DNA of 64,000 bases from Candidatus Latescibacterota bacterium. Lineage in GTDB: Bacteria > Latescibacterota > UBA2968. The DNA lies in the NCBI GenBank assembly GCA_965204375.1, contig OZ241986.1:3296001-3360000 (forward strand), read 5' to 3'. The stretch's first letter is position 1, and every line of letters starts with the position of its first letter. The notes under the pieces were generated by a model. The model saw nothing but the letters and a program-made list of their open reading frames with translations. It was not told the DNA's origin and ran no database searches. The position numbers were made by a program, and so were the translations under genes. Positions 32,966-43,102 of the stretch are shown one piece after another.

Positions 32966-33330
32966 GGCGACTCCAATGTTGATGGTGGATTGGGATAGAC
33001 CATATAAATCGATTCATTGGGATACACCATGCCATAGCGCTCTCGGGCAATGCGTTCAATTTCACCCAAATTGTTTTCCAGCAATTTCGCCTCGCGTTCC
33101 AGCATCGCATTCTGCTGGCGAATAGTTGCAATTTCCCGTTTCAATACGGCAATTTGCTGCTTGCGCATTATGAGTTGATAAATCCCACTATCTCCCACAA
33201 AAAACAAATAAAGGGAAAGCACCACGGGTGCAAATATCAAAAATCTATTCAGGCGTCGCCTTGCACTTCCCGGTAACATCGAACTGTTTTCCGGCAACAC
33301 CGTACTTTGTCCTCGATAAAATGAGCGCAT
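32962..33330 (-). CDS. ftsB: Septum formation initiator (FtsB/DivIC)
   Basis: TM, GDSG, coiled coil, IERIARERYGMVYPNE. Confidence 0.85.
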   Translation of the reverse strand: MRSFYRGQSTVLPENSSMLPGSARRRLNRFLIFAPVVLSLYLFFVGDSGIYQLIMRKQQIAVLKREIATIRQQNAMLEREAKLLENNLGEIERIARERYGMVYPNESIYMVYPNPPSTLESP

Positions 33331-33346
33331 AACACAATCTCCAAAG

Positions 33347-34525
33347 TCAGTTGTTAGCCCTATCCCCCAGCCCCCGATTTAACACCACCATATCATCCCG
33401 ATGGATAACCACCGCGCCATTGTTGATCCCGAGAATTTCTGCAACTTCTGGCGTTTTTTTTCCGCGAATACGCCGCACATCATCGGCGTCAAATCTCGTT
33501 AACCCGCGCGCGACCTCGACGCGTTGTTTTGATTCAACGCCAATGAGTTCACCAACTTCAAAATCGCCAATAACGCGGATAATACCCGAAGGCAACAAAC
33601 TTTTGCCGCCATCGCTCAAAGCAATCACTGCGCCATCATCTACGACCACACCCCCTCGCCTTCGGGAATGCGCCAACCACAAATCTCTGCTGTTCAAACT
33701 GCGATTATCCGCCACAAATAACGTGCCGCAATCTGCCCCATCCAAAATTTCGAGCAAACCGTTTATACATCCATTTGCAATTACTGCCATCTGCCCACCT
33801 TGCATCACGGCCTCGGCAGCCCTGAGTTTTGTGCGCATTCCCCCGCGTCCCAGCGCACTCCCCGAAGACCCCACAGTTGCGTAGAGTTCTTCGGGCATCC
33901 CGTGCACAGACCGAACCAATTGCGCGTTTGGGTCTTTTGAGGGATCACTTGAAAACAACCCATCCACATCGGTCAACAACACCAGCATGTCCGCATCCAC
34001 CAGATGCGACACCATCGCGGACAGGCGATCATTTTCGCCCACAGACAATTGCAATTCTTCCACCGCCACGCTGTCGTTCTCATTGACAACAGGCACAACA
34101 CCATATCGAAACAATTGATCTAATGTATTGCGCGCATTCACATATCGCGTGCGATTATCCAGATCATCTGATGTCAACAGCACCTGCCCTACCAGAATAC
34201 CGTGTGCTTCAAATGCCCTTTTGTAAGCATCCATCACCAATCCCTGCCCCACCGCAGCCGTAGCTTGCAAATCGGCCAAACGCCTCGGCCGATCCGCCAA
34301 CTCCAATTGCCCCATGCCGGCACCAACGGCTCCGGATGTCACAATTGCCACCTGTAAACCGCGATCTCTCAAATATGCCACATCGGCGGCCAGGCGGTCA
34401 ATCACCGCGAGATTCAGTGTGTTGCCATGTGCCGTCACCACCCGCGTACCCAATTTTACCACTACCCGCCGCACATCGGCAAACAAAGCACTGCGATCAA
34501 TTTCGTGTTCTTTTGTCCCACTCAT
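33347..34525 (-). CDS. proB: Glutamate 5-kinase
   Basis: VVKLGT, VTSGAV, NENDSV, GGMRTK, PUA domain SLLPSG. Confidence 0.96.
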   Translation of the reverse strand: MSGTKEHEIDRSALFADVRRVVVKLGTRVVTAHGNTLNLAVIDRLAADVAYLRDRGLQVAIVTSGAVGAGMGQLELADRPRRLADLQATAAVGQGLVMDAYKRAFEAHGILVGQVLLTSDDLDNRTRYVNARNTLDQLFRYGVVPVVNENDSVAVEELQLSVGENDRLSAMVSHLVDADMLVLLTDVDGLFSSDPSKDPNAQLVRSVHGMPEELYATVGSSGSALGRGGMRTKLRAAEAVMQGGQMAVIANGCINGLLEILDGADCGTLFVADNRSLNSRDLWLAHSRRRGGVVVDDGAVIALSDGGKSLLPSGIIRVIGDFEVGELIGVESKQRVEVARGLTRFDADDVRRIRGKKTPEVAEILGINNGAVVIHRDDMVVLNRGLGDRANN

Positions 34526-35319
34526 GTCAAATCAATTTCGATTTTGAGGCGCACTGGTACCCCGCGTTCTGCGAGATAGGTTTTGACTTCCCCAATACTG
34601 TATTGATTGTAGTGAAAAATCGACGCAGCCAGTGCCGCGCTTGCCTTGCCTTCGGACAACACCGCATACATATCCTCTGGCCCACCAGCGCCACCAGACG
34701 CTACAATCGGTACATCCACACGCTCGGCAACTCTGCGGTTCAATTCAATATCGTATCCATCTTTTGTACCATCTGCATCAATACTGTTCAAAACCAGTTC
34801 ACCCGCACCGAGATCTACCAATTCCTCAGCCCATTCGAGGGCATCTCGTCCAGTATATATGCGTCCGCCATTGATAACCACTTCCCAGCGCACATCCTCT
34901 GTTTGATCGGAATTCGGTCGTCGAATTGCGTCGATTGACCCCACAATTGCCTGCGATCCAAAACTCTCAGCCCCCTGCGTAATAATTTCAGGCGTGTGTA
35001 TGGCAGCCGAATTGATTGACGCTTTTTCCGCGCCCCCTTCGATAATAGTGTGAATGTCCTGATACGTGCGCACACCCCCGCCAACCGTAAAGGGAATAAA
35101 CACCTCTTCGGACACGCGCCGCACGAGTTTACCGACAATATCGCGCTTCTCCGCCGATGCCGTAATATCGTAAAACACCAGTTCATCGGCACCTTCTGCA
35201 TCATAGCGTTTCGCGAGTTCAATGGGGTCGCCAGCGTCTTTATCGGCTGAAAACTTAACCCCGCGCACATTGCGACCGTTTTTCACATCCAAACACGGAA
35301 TAATTCGCCTGGCCAGCAT
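34522..35319 (-). CDS. hisF: Imidazole glycerol phosphate synthase cyclase subunit
   Basis: [46 protein letters not shown]. Confidence 0.97.
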   Translation of the reverse strand: MLARRIIPCLDVKNGRNVRGVKFSADKDAGDPIELAKRYDAEGADELVFYDITASAEKRDIVGKLVRRVSEEVFIPFTVGGGVRTYQDIHTIIEGGAEKASINSAAIHTPEIITQGAESFGSQAIVGSIDAIRRPNSDQTEDVRWEVVINGGRIYTGRDALEWAEELVDLGAGELVLNSIDADGTKDGYDIELNRRVAERVDVPIVASGGAGGPEDMYAVLSEGKASAALAASIFHYNQYSIGEVKTYLAERGVPVRLKIEIDLT

Positions 35320-35320
35320 C

Positions 35321-35923
35321 CTACACCTTCTCCGCAAAATTCTTCAAAATTTTCAAGCCTGCATCCTGACTTTTCTCGGGATGAAACTGCACGCCAAAAG
35401 CCCGATCATTTCCGGCAATTGACGCATAATCAATCCCGTAATCCGTTACCCCGACCACATCTTCATCGCGCTCAGACGCCACAAAAAAAGAATGGACAAA
35501 ATAAAAATAAGACCTGTCGGGTACGCCATCTAAAAGTGCTGTCTCGCGCTGAATTCGCACCTCATTCCACCCAATTTGCGGAACGCGCTGGCCTTCGGGA
35601 AAACGCTTCACTTTTCCCGGCAAAATGTCCAATCCCCTGTGCTGCCCCATTTCTTCACTCTCGGCAAACATCAATTGCAATCCCAAACAAATACCCAAAA
35701 AAGGTCGGCCTTCTGAAATAGCTCTTACAATGGGCGCAATCAATCCCGCTGTTTTCAGATTGTTCATCGCATCGCCAAATGCCCCCACGCCGGGAAGCAC
35801 AACGCGCTCTGCCGCGTCGATATCCTCGGCTCTATCGACAATAACAGCCTTTGCTCCAACGTGTTCAAACGCCTTTTGAACACTTCGCAAATTCCCCATC
35901 CCGTAATCGACAACCGCAATCAT
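35321..35923 (-). CDS. hisH: Imidazole glycerol phosphate synthase glutaminase subunit
   Basis: DYGMGNL, LPGVG, GICLGLQ, YFVHS, QFHPEKS. Confidence 0.97.
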   Translation of the reverse strand: MIAVVDYGMGNLRSVQKAFEHVGAKAVIVDRAEDIDAAERVVLPGVGAFGDAMNNLKTAGLIAPIVRAISEGRPFLGICLGLQLMFAESEEMGQHRGLDILPGKVKRFPEGQRVPQIGWNEVRIQRETALLDGVPDRSYFYFVHSFFVASERDEDVVGVTDYGIDYASIAGNDRAFGVQFHPEKSQDAGLKILKNFAEKV

Positions 35924-35924
35924 C

Positions 35925-36731
35925 TCATTCTCCCAACACACTCGACCGCTCCGTCGCAGCCAAAACAGCATCCATCAAAGCAGCGCGCAAACCGCCCTGC
36001 TCCAGCGCGTGCAAACCCGCAATAGTCGTTCCGCCCGCCGACGTCACCTGATCTTTCAAAATTGCCGGATGTTCGCCGCTCTCGGCAACCATACGCGCAG
36101 CCCCCAGCACAGTCTGAATCGCCAGTGTCAACGCCATATCTTTTGACAAACCAGACCGCACTCCGCCATCTGCCAGCGCGTCAATTACCGCGTACACATA
36201 TGCAGGCCCACTGCCTGCAAGTCCAGTCACCGCATCCATCTGTGATTCTGAAACAACGACTGCCGCGCCAACCGCATTGAACAGAGATAGCGCCAAGCTC
36301 AGGTGATCCTCACCCGCCTGTGTTCCTGCACACACGCCCGAACCCGCAGCACCGACCAGTGCCAGCACATTGGGCATCACGCGAATGACGGGCAGCGAAC
36401 CCAATTCCGCTTCCAACGCCGCAATGCGCACACCCGCCATGAAGGAAATAATCACCTGATCACTGCGCAACAAATCCCGAAAGCCCACAACGGTTTGCTT
36501 CCAGAACTGGGGCTTCACACCCAACACCACAATATCCTGATGCCCCACCACTTCGCGTGCATCTCCTGCAACCTGGACACCCAATTCGCGCCTTCTCTGA
36601 TCCAACACCTCAGCAACCAGATCCACCGCCGTGATATTTTCAGGCGCGATCTCTCCCGACCGAATCCAACCGGCCATCAGCGCGCCCCCCATATTGCCTG
36701 CACCAATAACAGCAATTTTTTTATTTTTCAT
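35925..36731 (-). CDS. proC: Pyrroline-5-carboxylate reductase
   Basis: IGAGNMG, VKPQ, RVMPN, GSGPAY, VTSAGGTT. Confidence 0.96.
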   Translation of the reverse strand: MKNKKIAVIGAGNMGGALMAGWIRSGEIAPENITAVDLVAEVLDQRRRELGVQVAGDAREVVGHQDIVVLGVKPQFWKQTVVGFRDLLRSDQVIISFMAGVRIAALEAELGSLPVIRVMPNVLALVGAAGSGVCAGTQAGEDHLSLALSLFNAVGAAVVVSESQMDAVTGLAGSGPAYVYAVIDALADGGVRSGLSKDMALTLAIQTVLGAARMVAESGEHPAILKDQVTSAGGTTIAGLHALEQGGLRAALMDAVLAATERSSVLGE

Positions 36732-36757
36732 AGCAATCAGCAGTTAAAGGACCTTAT

Positions 36758-37678
36758 TTAAACATACGTCAACCAGTTGTGCTTATCTTCCGCACGACCT
36801 TCCACAACGGCAAAAAATGCGTCCTGCAACTTCTTTGTGATCTCGCCTCGAGAACCACAACCGATATTGATATGGTCAATAGTCGTAATAGGCGTGATCT
36901 CTGCCGCACTACCCGTAAAAAACACCTCATCGGCAATATACAGAGACTCTCTTGGAATCGGTCGCGCCGTCACCGTATGTCCCAACTCCCGGGCAAGTGT
37001 AATAACCGAATGTCGCGTAATACCGGGCAAAATAGACGACCCGGTAGAAGGCGTGTAAATCTGCCCATTCTTCGCCATAAAAATATTCTCGCCGCTGCCC
37101 TCGCTCACATAACCCTGGGTATCCAGGGCAATGCCCTCGGCATATCCATCGGCCATCGCCTCCATCTTGATCAGTTGTGCGTTCATATAATTTGCCGCCA
37201 CCTTAGCAAGCGAAGGCATGGTATTGGGCGCCAGGCGATTCCACGACGCAAACCGAACCGACACGCCTTTTTCCAGAGCTTCTGGACCCAGGTATTTACC
37301 CCATTCCCACACCGCGATCACCACCTCGACCGGACAGGGCATTGGATTGACGGCCAATTCGCCAAAACCTCGAAAAACCACGGGCCTGACATAACACGCC
37401 TGCAAGTTATTAATGCGAATCGTCTCCAAAATAGCCGCTTCCAGTTCATCTTGCGTATAGGGAATTTCCATGCGATAAATTTTGGCCGAATCGTAAAGCC
37501 TTTTCACATGATCTCGCAGCCTGAAACAGGCCGGTCCCCTTGCGGTATGATAACACCGTATCCCTTCAAAAACACTCGAACCGTAATGCACCACATGGGA
37601 CAGCACGTGAATTTTGGCATCGTCCCAACCCACAAAATTCCCATTAAACCAGATTTTGTCTGACTTTGGAATGGGCAT
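36758..37678 (-). CDS. ilvE: Branched-chain amino acid aminotransferase
   Basis: [35 protein letters not shown]. Confidence 0.96.
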   Translation of the reverse strand: MPIPKSDKIWFNGNFVGWDDAKIHVLSHVVHYGSSVFEGIRCYHTARGPACFRLRDHVKRLYDSAKIYRMEIPYTQDELEAAILETIRINNLQACYVRPVVFRGFGELAVNPMPCPVEVVIAVWEWGKYLGPEALEKGVSVRFASWNRLAPNTMPSLAKVAANYMNAQLIKMEAMADGYAEGIALDTQGYVSEGSGENIFMAKNGQIYTPSTGSSILPGITRHSVITLARELGHTVTARPIPRESLYIADEVFFTGSAAEITPITTIDHINIGCGSRGEITKKLQDAFFAVVEGRAEDKHNWLTYV

Positions 37679-37699
37679 AAGAAATCCCTTTCTAAAAAA

Positions 37700-38476
37700 C
37701 TATCGCACAGCCAACGCGCGGCAAATCCGTTCAAATCCATCTATCGATATGGTTTCGGGACGCGCTCGGCCATCGATATTCGCTTCCATCAAAATCTCAT
37801 CATCTACCACACCAGATAGCGCATTGCGCACCATTTTTCTCCGCTGCTGAAATGCGGCGCGCACCACGCCAAACAAACGCCTTTCATCTGCAATATCATA
37901 AGCAGAATTTGCTTCAAAATCCAGCATCAACACAGAAGAATGCACTTTGGGCCGCGGATAAAAATGCGCTGGAGGCAGGTCAAACAACCGTTTTGCAACA
38001 CATCGCACCTGTGTAACTATCGACAACACGCCATATATTTTGCTGCCCGGCGGCGCGATCATGCGTTGTCCCACCTCGCGCTGCACCGTAATCACAGCGC
38101 GTTTCCAAACCCTTCGAGCATCCGTAATTTGCCTGATGAGCGCGCCCGTAATATGATAGGGCAAATTGCCCACCAGAATCGCTTTTTCTCGTTTTTCATT
38201 TTCAACAAGCGCGGGCAAATTGACCTGACGCACATCATCTGATACAATTTTTAACCGCAAACCAAACCGATCGGAAAGCAGATCACACAACTCCCCATCA
38301 ATCTCAATAGCGACCACCTGCCCTGCTCGCTCAACCAAAAGGCCCGTCAACGCACCTCGTCCAGGACCAATTTCTACGACCATGTCCTCTTTCTCAACCT
38401 GTGCAGCCTCTACGATTCGCCCGATAGATGCGCCATCTATGAGAAAATGCTGGCCCAGCCGCGTCTTTGTTTTCAC
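37700..38476 (-). CDS. rsmA: 16S rRNA m6,2A dimethyltransferase
   Basis: LGQHFL, VEIGPGRGALT, GNLPY, F.PRPKVHS, FQQRRK; GTG start overlaps tatD stop. Confidence 0.94.
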   Translation of the reverse strand: MKTKTRLGQHFLIDGASIGRIVEAAQVEKEDMVVEIGPGRGALTGLLVERAGQVVAIEIDGELCDLLSDRFGLRLKIVSDDVRQVNLPALVENEKREKAILVGNLPYHITGALIRQITDARRVWKRAVITVQREVGQRMIAPPGSKIYGVLSIVTQVRCVAKRLFDLPPAHFYPRPKVHSSVLMLDFEANSAYDIADERRLFGVVRAAFQQRRKMVRNALSGVVDDEILMEANIDGRARPETISIDGFERICRALAVR

Positions 38477-39240
38477 GATAGCAACCCAAACAAAGTCTGA
38501 GCATTTTGCGTCGTCTGCCGACACACATCTCCAATATCCCCGCATCCCGCATCGGCCAGACACTCGGCGACATAGCGCACATAAGCCGGCTCATTGCGCT
38601 TGCCGCGTTTTGGCGCCGGTGCCAGAAAAGGACAATCCGTTTCCAAAAGCAATCGCTCAGCGGGCACATCCAATGCGACCTTCAACGCACCCGAATTTTT
38701 GAAAGTAACAATACCGCCAAAACCCAGATAAAAATTGAGATCAACAGCGCGCTTGGCTCCTTCGACATCCCCGCCAAAACAGTGCATCACACCACCCACC
38801 TCCGATCCGCCTTCTTCCTCCAACACATCTAATACCCGCGTCTCAGCACCCCGGCTGTGAATAATCAGCGGCAGATCCATCTCTCTCGCCAGACGAATAT
38901 GTGCCCGAAACGCCCGTTCCTGAACCTCGCGCGGCGCATAATCGCGATAAAAATCCAGTCCTGTCTCGCCAACCGCAACAATTCTGTGATGCTTCAAGAG
39001 ATTGGGCAACTTTTTCAAAGCAGCCTCATCCGCCTTTGCAGAATCCGACGGATGAAACCCTGCCGAAGCAAACACATCAGCCTCTGCCTCAGCAAGAGCG
39101 ATAGCCGCACGGCTCGTCTCCAAATTTGTCCCCACATTCACAATCTGCCCCACCCCCGAGGCACGCGCCCGGGCGAGCAGATCATCCAGATCCTTTCTAA
39201 ACTGTGGAAACATCAAATGTGCGTGCGAATCGACAAGCAT
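38473..39240 (-). CDS. tatD: TatD-family DNase
   Basis: DSHAH, GETGLDF, IIHSR, MHCF, LLETDCP, RNEP. Confidence 0.93.
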   Translation of the reverse strand: MLVDSHAHLMFPQFRKDLDDLLARARASGVGQIVNVGTNLETSRAAIALAEAEADVFASAGFHPSDSAKADEAALKKLPNLLKHHRIVAVGETGLDFYRDYAPREVQERAFRAHIRLAREMDLPLIIHSRGAETRVLDVLEEEGGSEVGGVMHCFGGDVEGAKRAVDLNFYLGFGGIVTFKNSGALKVALDVPAERLLLETDCPFLAPAPKRGKRNEPAYVRYVAECLADAGCGDIGDVCRQTTQNAQTLFGLLS

Positions 39241-39275
39241 ATTGAAGTCCTGTAAACTGAAACAATGGCCTATAA

Positions 39276-39512
39276 TCAGGTTAAGGCGGCGTAATCATAC
39301 ACAGGTGTTTCAATAGTCCGAACGGGTTGACATCGTTCCCACACCACCTGTTGCAGACATTCGACGGTCTCTGGAGAAAAGAACCTTTCGCCCGTCTCAA
39401 CATTGACCCGAGCGGGAACATCTTCAATAATAACAAACCACCCATTGACTTCAATGCTATATGTAACGCACGTCTCAATCAATGTTTCACGTCCCGCTTC
39501 TTGATCAGACAT
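39276..39512 (-). CDS. YgiT-type (MqsA N-terminal-like) small antitoxin-family protein, Zn cysteines absent
   Basis: VTYSIEVNG..VIIEDVPARVNVETGERFFSPETV..LQ..PVYDY. Confidence 0.7.
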   Translation of the reverse strand: MSDQEAGRETLIETCVTYSIEVNGWFVIIEDVPARVNVETGERFFSPETVECLQQVVWERCQPVRTIETPVYDYAALT

Positions 39513-39581
39513 TGTGTTTCGCCTCAATCTTACAAGATGCCTCGCCGGTAATGACTCATCTGAAGTACTACGTAACTTCAT

Positions 39582-40556
39582 TTACTCATCTTCTGCTTTT
39601 TCAAAAAGCATTGGCTGGAACGCCTCAGAGGCTTCTGTATATTCCGTACCACATTCTGAATCCAGCCTTTGAAGCGCGCCTTGATGAAACGCCGGTACGA
39701 TTTCAAAGCCTATAAAATGCCTGTCAAGTCGCTTAGCGGCAACAGCCGTAGTACCGCTTCCCATGAACGGATCCAGCACCACCTGATCTTCTCTCGTTGT
39801 AAGTTTGATAAGGAACTCAATCAGCTTTAATGGTTTTTGCGCCTCGTGAATTTTTTGTTCGTCCTTTTGAAAACCAAACTCAAGGAGATTTGTTGGACTC
39901 GTCCCCTGAATCTGACACGCTTCTATATTCATTGCGCCCACGCCGTGATCAAGGACATTGTCGGCGATGGTTCCACCAATTTTGTAGGGTTTCACAAACC
40001 AGGCTATCGGCTCATATACAGGTGCCATATTCCCCAAACGCCAACCATACCATGCTTCGGCCTCAGCCTCTAATCCGCGCCGTTGAAAGACAATGCTCAC
40101 CCTCTGAGCGCGATGGTGTGCCGATTCTTTTTTCCAAGCGAGCATATCCTTGAGAAGAAAACCACTATCTTCAAAAGCATTGACGACACGGTGTATGGTA
40201 CGTCGTGCACCAAAAACAAAGACAGAAGCTCCATTTTTTAATTTCGGAAAAACCAATTCAGCCCAACTTTGACACCACCGCTGATACTCTATTCCGATGT
40301 TCCTATCAGCCTGCGACCAACCATTGATGGGCTTGCCTCGCCGCTTAAAGGCAGACTTCCCAACCTGCGCGGGCGACTGCCCCAGCAGTGCTGAGTTCGT
40401 GTTGCCGTGCAACACATCCCAATCATCCAAGTTAATGCCATAAGGAATATCCGAGAGGAAGAGTTCAATGCTATTATCCATCAGGTGTGGAATATGGTCC
40501 CGACAATCGCCCTGTGTAATTTTATCCAGATATTTTTCGTTCATGTTGGCCATCAC
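39582..40556 (-). CDS. DNA methyltransferase, beta class, M.HindIII-like
   Basis: LSDIPYG (motif IV) before HEAQKP and LDPFMGSGTT (motif I); overlaps HindIII-like R gene. Confidence 0.9.
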   Translation of the reverse strand: MMANMNEKYLDKITQGDCRDHIPHLMDNSIELFLSDIPYGINLDDWDVLHGNTNSALLGQSPAQVGKSAFKRRGKPINGWSQADRNIGIEYQRWCQSWAELVFPKLKNGASVFVFGARRTIHRVVNAFEDSGFLLKDMLAWKKESAHHRAQRVSIVFQRRGLEAEAEAWYGWRLGNMAPVYEPIAWFVKPYKIGGTIADNVLDHGVGAMNIEACQIQGTSPTNLLEFGFQKDEQKIHEAQKPLKLIEFLIKLTTREDQVVLDPFMGSGTTAVAAKRLDRHFIGFEIVPAFHQGALQRLDSECGTEYTEASEAFQPMLFEKAEDE

Positions 40557-41464
40557 TCCAGGTTAAGAATTCCGTTTCTGGTAACAGATCGAACCGTTTG
40601 AATCTTGCTATCAACTTTTCTCCACTTTAGCACCTCCCTTATCGCCTCAGTTCGAGATAGTCTCATAATTCGTTCTCTCTCCGCAGCGAGAAAAGTAAGT
40701 GCTTCTTCTCTTGAAATGAGAATAGACTCATTTGATGCGAGTTTCTCCTCTCTCCATATTTTACCAATTATGTCATCAAAATCCAATAATGTACGATTTA
40801 CTGCCTGCCAGTAGCTATTTGCACTTTTTGATGGGTTCATCGCTTCGACTGTTTTAAACACCTCATGAACCAGTTCCAAAGCTTTACTTCGTGTTGACTC
40901 GTACGCATAACGAGCAAGCACAGCTAAATGTGTATATGTGGCGATACAAACTGATCTCGCCGCGGCTTGTTGGTATATCTGACTTGTCCGGTATGGCAAC
41001 TGATATACCGGACAAACAACCATCGCATAGGGCTTCCCATGCTTCCAATTATCCATTGCCTCAACTTTAAAATCCTTCTGATTCTTCGCCGTGCGACTCA
41101 GTCGAAATGCTTTCGCATCAGCGACAAAACTATAATCATCAGTGACGCACTCCACGTCAGCCACATCCGCTCGCTCTGTAAGAACCACACTCGTAAATCC
41201 CATTGCAGTATATGCTTCGTGAATCACAGCATCAGTATATTTAGAGTAAAGTTTTTCTTCGCTGGTATCAGGTCCATAGCACTCCGGAATTGCGCCACAT
41301 AAACGCAGATGTCCAAGCAAAGACACAATCCCGTAATCCTGAATCTCCTGCCATAGCTCTTGCTCAATCCTCTCAGTATCAACGCCAAAATTACCACTCA
41401 GACGACTTAGATTGTCAATCCAGTCTTTTCGATTCTCTACTTGTTCTTCGGTAATAATTTCCAT
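40553..41464 (-). CDS. HindIII-family type II restriction endonuclease
   Basis: EEKLYSK, ADV, VADAKAFRLSRTAKNQKDFKV, SQIYQQ match recalled R.HindIII segments. Confidence 0.9.
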   Translation of the reverse strand: MEIITEEQVENRKDWIDNLSRLSGNFGVDTERIEQELWQEIQDYGIVSLLGHLRLCGAIPECYGPDTSEEKLYSKYTDAVIHEAYTAMGFTSVVLTERADVADVECVTDDYSFVADAKAFRLSRTAKNQKDFKVEAMDNWKHGKPYAMVVCPVYQLPYRTSQIYQQAAARSVCIATYTHLAVLARYAYESTRSKALELVHEVFKTVEAMNPSKSANSYWQAVNRTLLDFDDIIGKIWREEKLASNESILISREEALTFLAAERERIMRLSRTEAIREVLKWRKVDSKIQTVRSVTRNGILNLE

Positions 41465-41524
41465 ATTGGTATGATTTCTCGTTGCATTGTTTTTCCCCAA
41501 AGGCTGGCGAGATACAAGAGCCAG

Positions 41525-42289
41525 CTAATCGGCCTCCAACGGACGTTCATAGTGAAGTTTGAGACTAAGAAGATTAGCGGTTGATGCTACGGACTGTTCA
41601 TTTGTCAGAAACCATTCTCTACGCTTACTATGGTTTCCTCCGTGGCCAACTGTACGTAAATGGTTGTGAATCTCTTTCTCTATTTCCTTCAGATCATCAT
41701 CGTTTTCGGTTACCCATATTTGTAAAATCATTGGGGGTTCTGGCATTCCTGTCTTCTGTTGCATAACGCGCTTAAAAGCGTCTTTCTCAGACATCCCGAC
41801 TTTCAGATATGTCCGGGCATCAGTATCATCTGTCTCCTGCACAACTGGATGGCGGTAGTAGTGAGGATAGGTGTACACGTAGATCCCTGCGATGCCAGAT
41901 TCCACGACCTGGCTCGTTTCTCTTTCAACCTTCGCGTCCTCCTCTTCCAAGTCTTGACGATTACTTACCTGACGGTCACATTCTTCAATCCGCGTCTTAA
42001 GTATCTGTATGGTCTCTTCGGATAGATACTTTTGACCGCGTCTTATGAAGCCTCTTAGAGCATCTTTACATTCTTTAGCTGGCGTAGGACTCTCAGGCAG
42101 GACACCCTCTATGATGGCCTGTATGTGCCTCCGATTTTTATGAACAAACTGAAGAGTTTTAAGCCTCAATTCTTCTGCTATCTCGGCAGGGGATTTATCT
42201 TCGTTGGTAAGCTGCCAGACTTCACCGAGCCGCGTGGTATCGTTCTCAAGTGCCTCTCGAACTTCATTCAGATACTGCTCATTATCCAC
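41525..42289 (-). CDS. GIY-YIG (T5orf172-type) protein with N-terminal HTH-like region
   Basis: GIYVY..LKVGMS..KRVMQQ.TGMPE..IEKEIH..REWF; KSPAEIAEEL. Confidence 0.78.
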   Translation of the reverse strand: MDNEQYLNEVREALENDTTRLGEVWQLTNEDKSPAEIAEELRLKTLQFVHKNRRHIQAIIEGVLPESPTPAKECKDALRGFIRRGQKYLSEETIQILKTRIEECDRQVSNRQDLEEEDAKVERETSQVVESGIAGIYVYTYPHYYRHPVVQETDDTDARTYLKVGMSEKDAFKRVMQQKTGMPEPPMILQIWVTENDDDLKEIEKEIHNHLRTVGHGGNHSKRREWFLTNEQSVASTANLLSLKLHYERPLEAD

Positions 42290-42325
42290 TGGATTTCTCC
42301 ACTTGCTCTTTGTGCAACAATCTGC

Positions 42326-42532
42326 TCATACAGCTACGACCAATGCTTCAAAGTGTTCATCGGGAACTGGTAGTCCATCTTCCTCAAGAGAGAGAACGTA
42401 TCCCTCAATGGCCTCTTTGATATTGGCGACAGCTTCCTGTTTAGTTTTTCCTTGACTGATACAACCTGGCAAGCTGGGGCATTCAGCGACCCAATAGCCA
42501 TCTTCACCCGGATAAATAATTACCTGTCTCAC
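42326..42532 (-). CDS. hicB: HicB-family antitoxin (no adjacent hicA)
   Basis: EDGYWVAECPSLPGCISQGKTKQEAVANIKEAI. Confidence 0.88.
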   Translation of the reverse strand: MRQVIIYPGEDGYWVAECPSLPGCISQGKTKQEAVANIKEAIEGYVLSLEEDGLPVPDEHFEALVVAV

Positions 42533-43083
42533 GTTTTATCACCATTTTTTTCATGCGCCGCTATCCACGCCTGTCGGGTTAGTTGAAACCGCCGTGCGGG
42601 TTCGTTCTGGAACTTGGAACTATTATAGATAAACCCTTCCGTCTCCTGAAACCCATTCTTCTCCAGAACACGAGCAGAAGCCGGATTGCACTTCAGGCAC
42701 ACCGAATGAACAATCTCCATGTCGAGTTCACAGAACGCGTAATTTAGCGCGAGAGCAACAGCCCTGGTCGTGATTCCTCTGCCCCAGTGCGACGATGCGA
42801 TTCCGTAATCACACCGGGCGCTGCGTTTTTCGTAGTCAATCGCCCCGAGTTCTACCACGCCAATCACACCGCCATCTGCAACAATAGCAAAAAAGAACGC
42901 CTCTCGATTTCTATGTGCTCTAACGCCTTTCCTGACGAAAGTCTCTCCACCATTTTTCGGATATGGCTGAGGTATGGTAGTAGTACGCGCAACGCGTTCA
43001 TCAGAGGCATAGCGCTGTACTGCTGCTGCATCGCTGAGCCGCAATGGGCGAATTGTAACCTCTATGTGCTTCTCGCATTTCAC
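42529..43083 (-). CDS. GNAT acetyltransferase (RimJ/RimL type)
   Basis: HWGRGITT, NPASARVLEKNGF..EG. Confidence 0.88.
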   Translation of the reverse strand: MKCEKHIEVTIRPLRLSDAAAVQRYASDERVARTTTIPQPYPKNGGETFVRKGVRAHRNREAFFFAIVADGGVIGVVELGAIDYEKRSARCDYGIASSHWGRGITTRAVALALNYAFCELDMEIVHSVCLKCNPASARVLEKNGFQETEGFIYNSSKFQNEPARRFQLTRQAWIAAHEKNGDKT

Positions 43084-43102
43084 CTCTCACCTCCCACCTG
43101 TA

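Noticed and set aside
39582-41464. Avoidance of AAGCTT as evidence of long residence of the R-M system
   Set aside because: At least eight sites seen by eye (e.g. 11987, 18171, 22452, 25781, 25864, 30068, 40879, 52900); depletion cannot be claimed without counting
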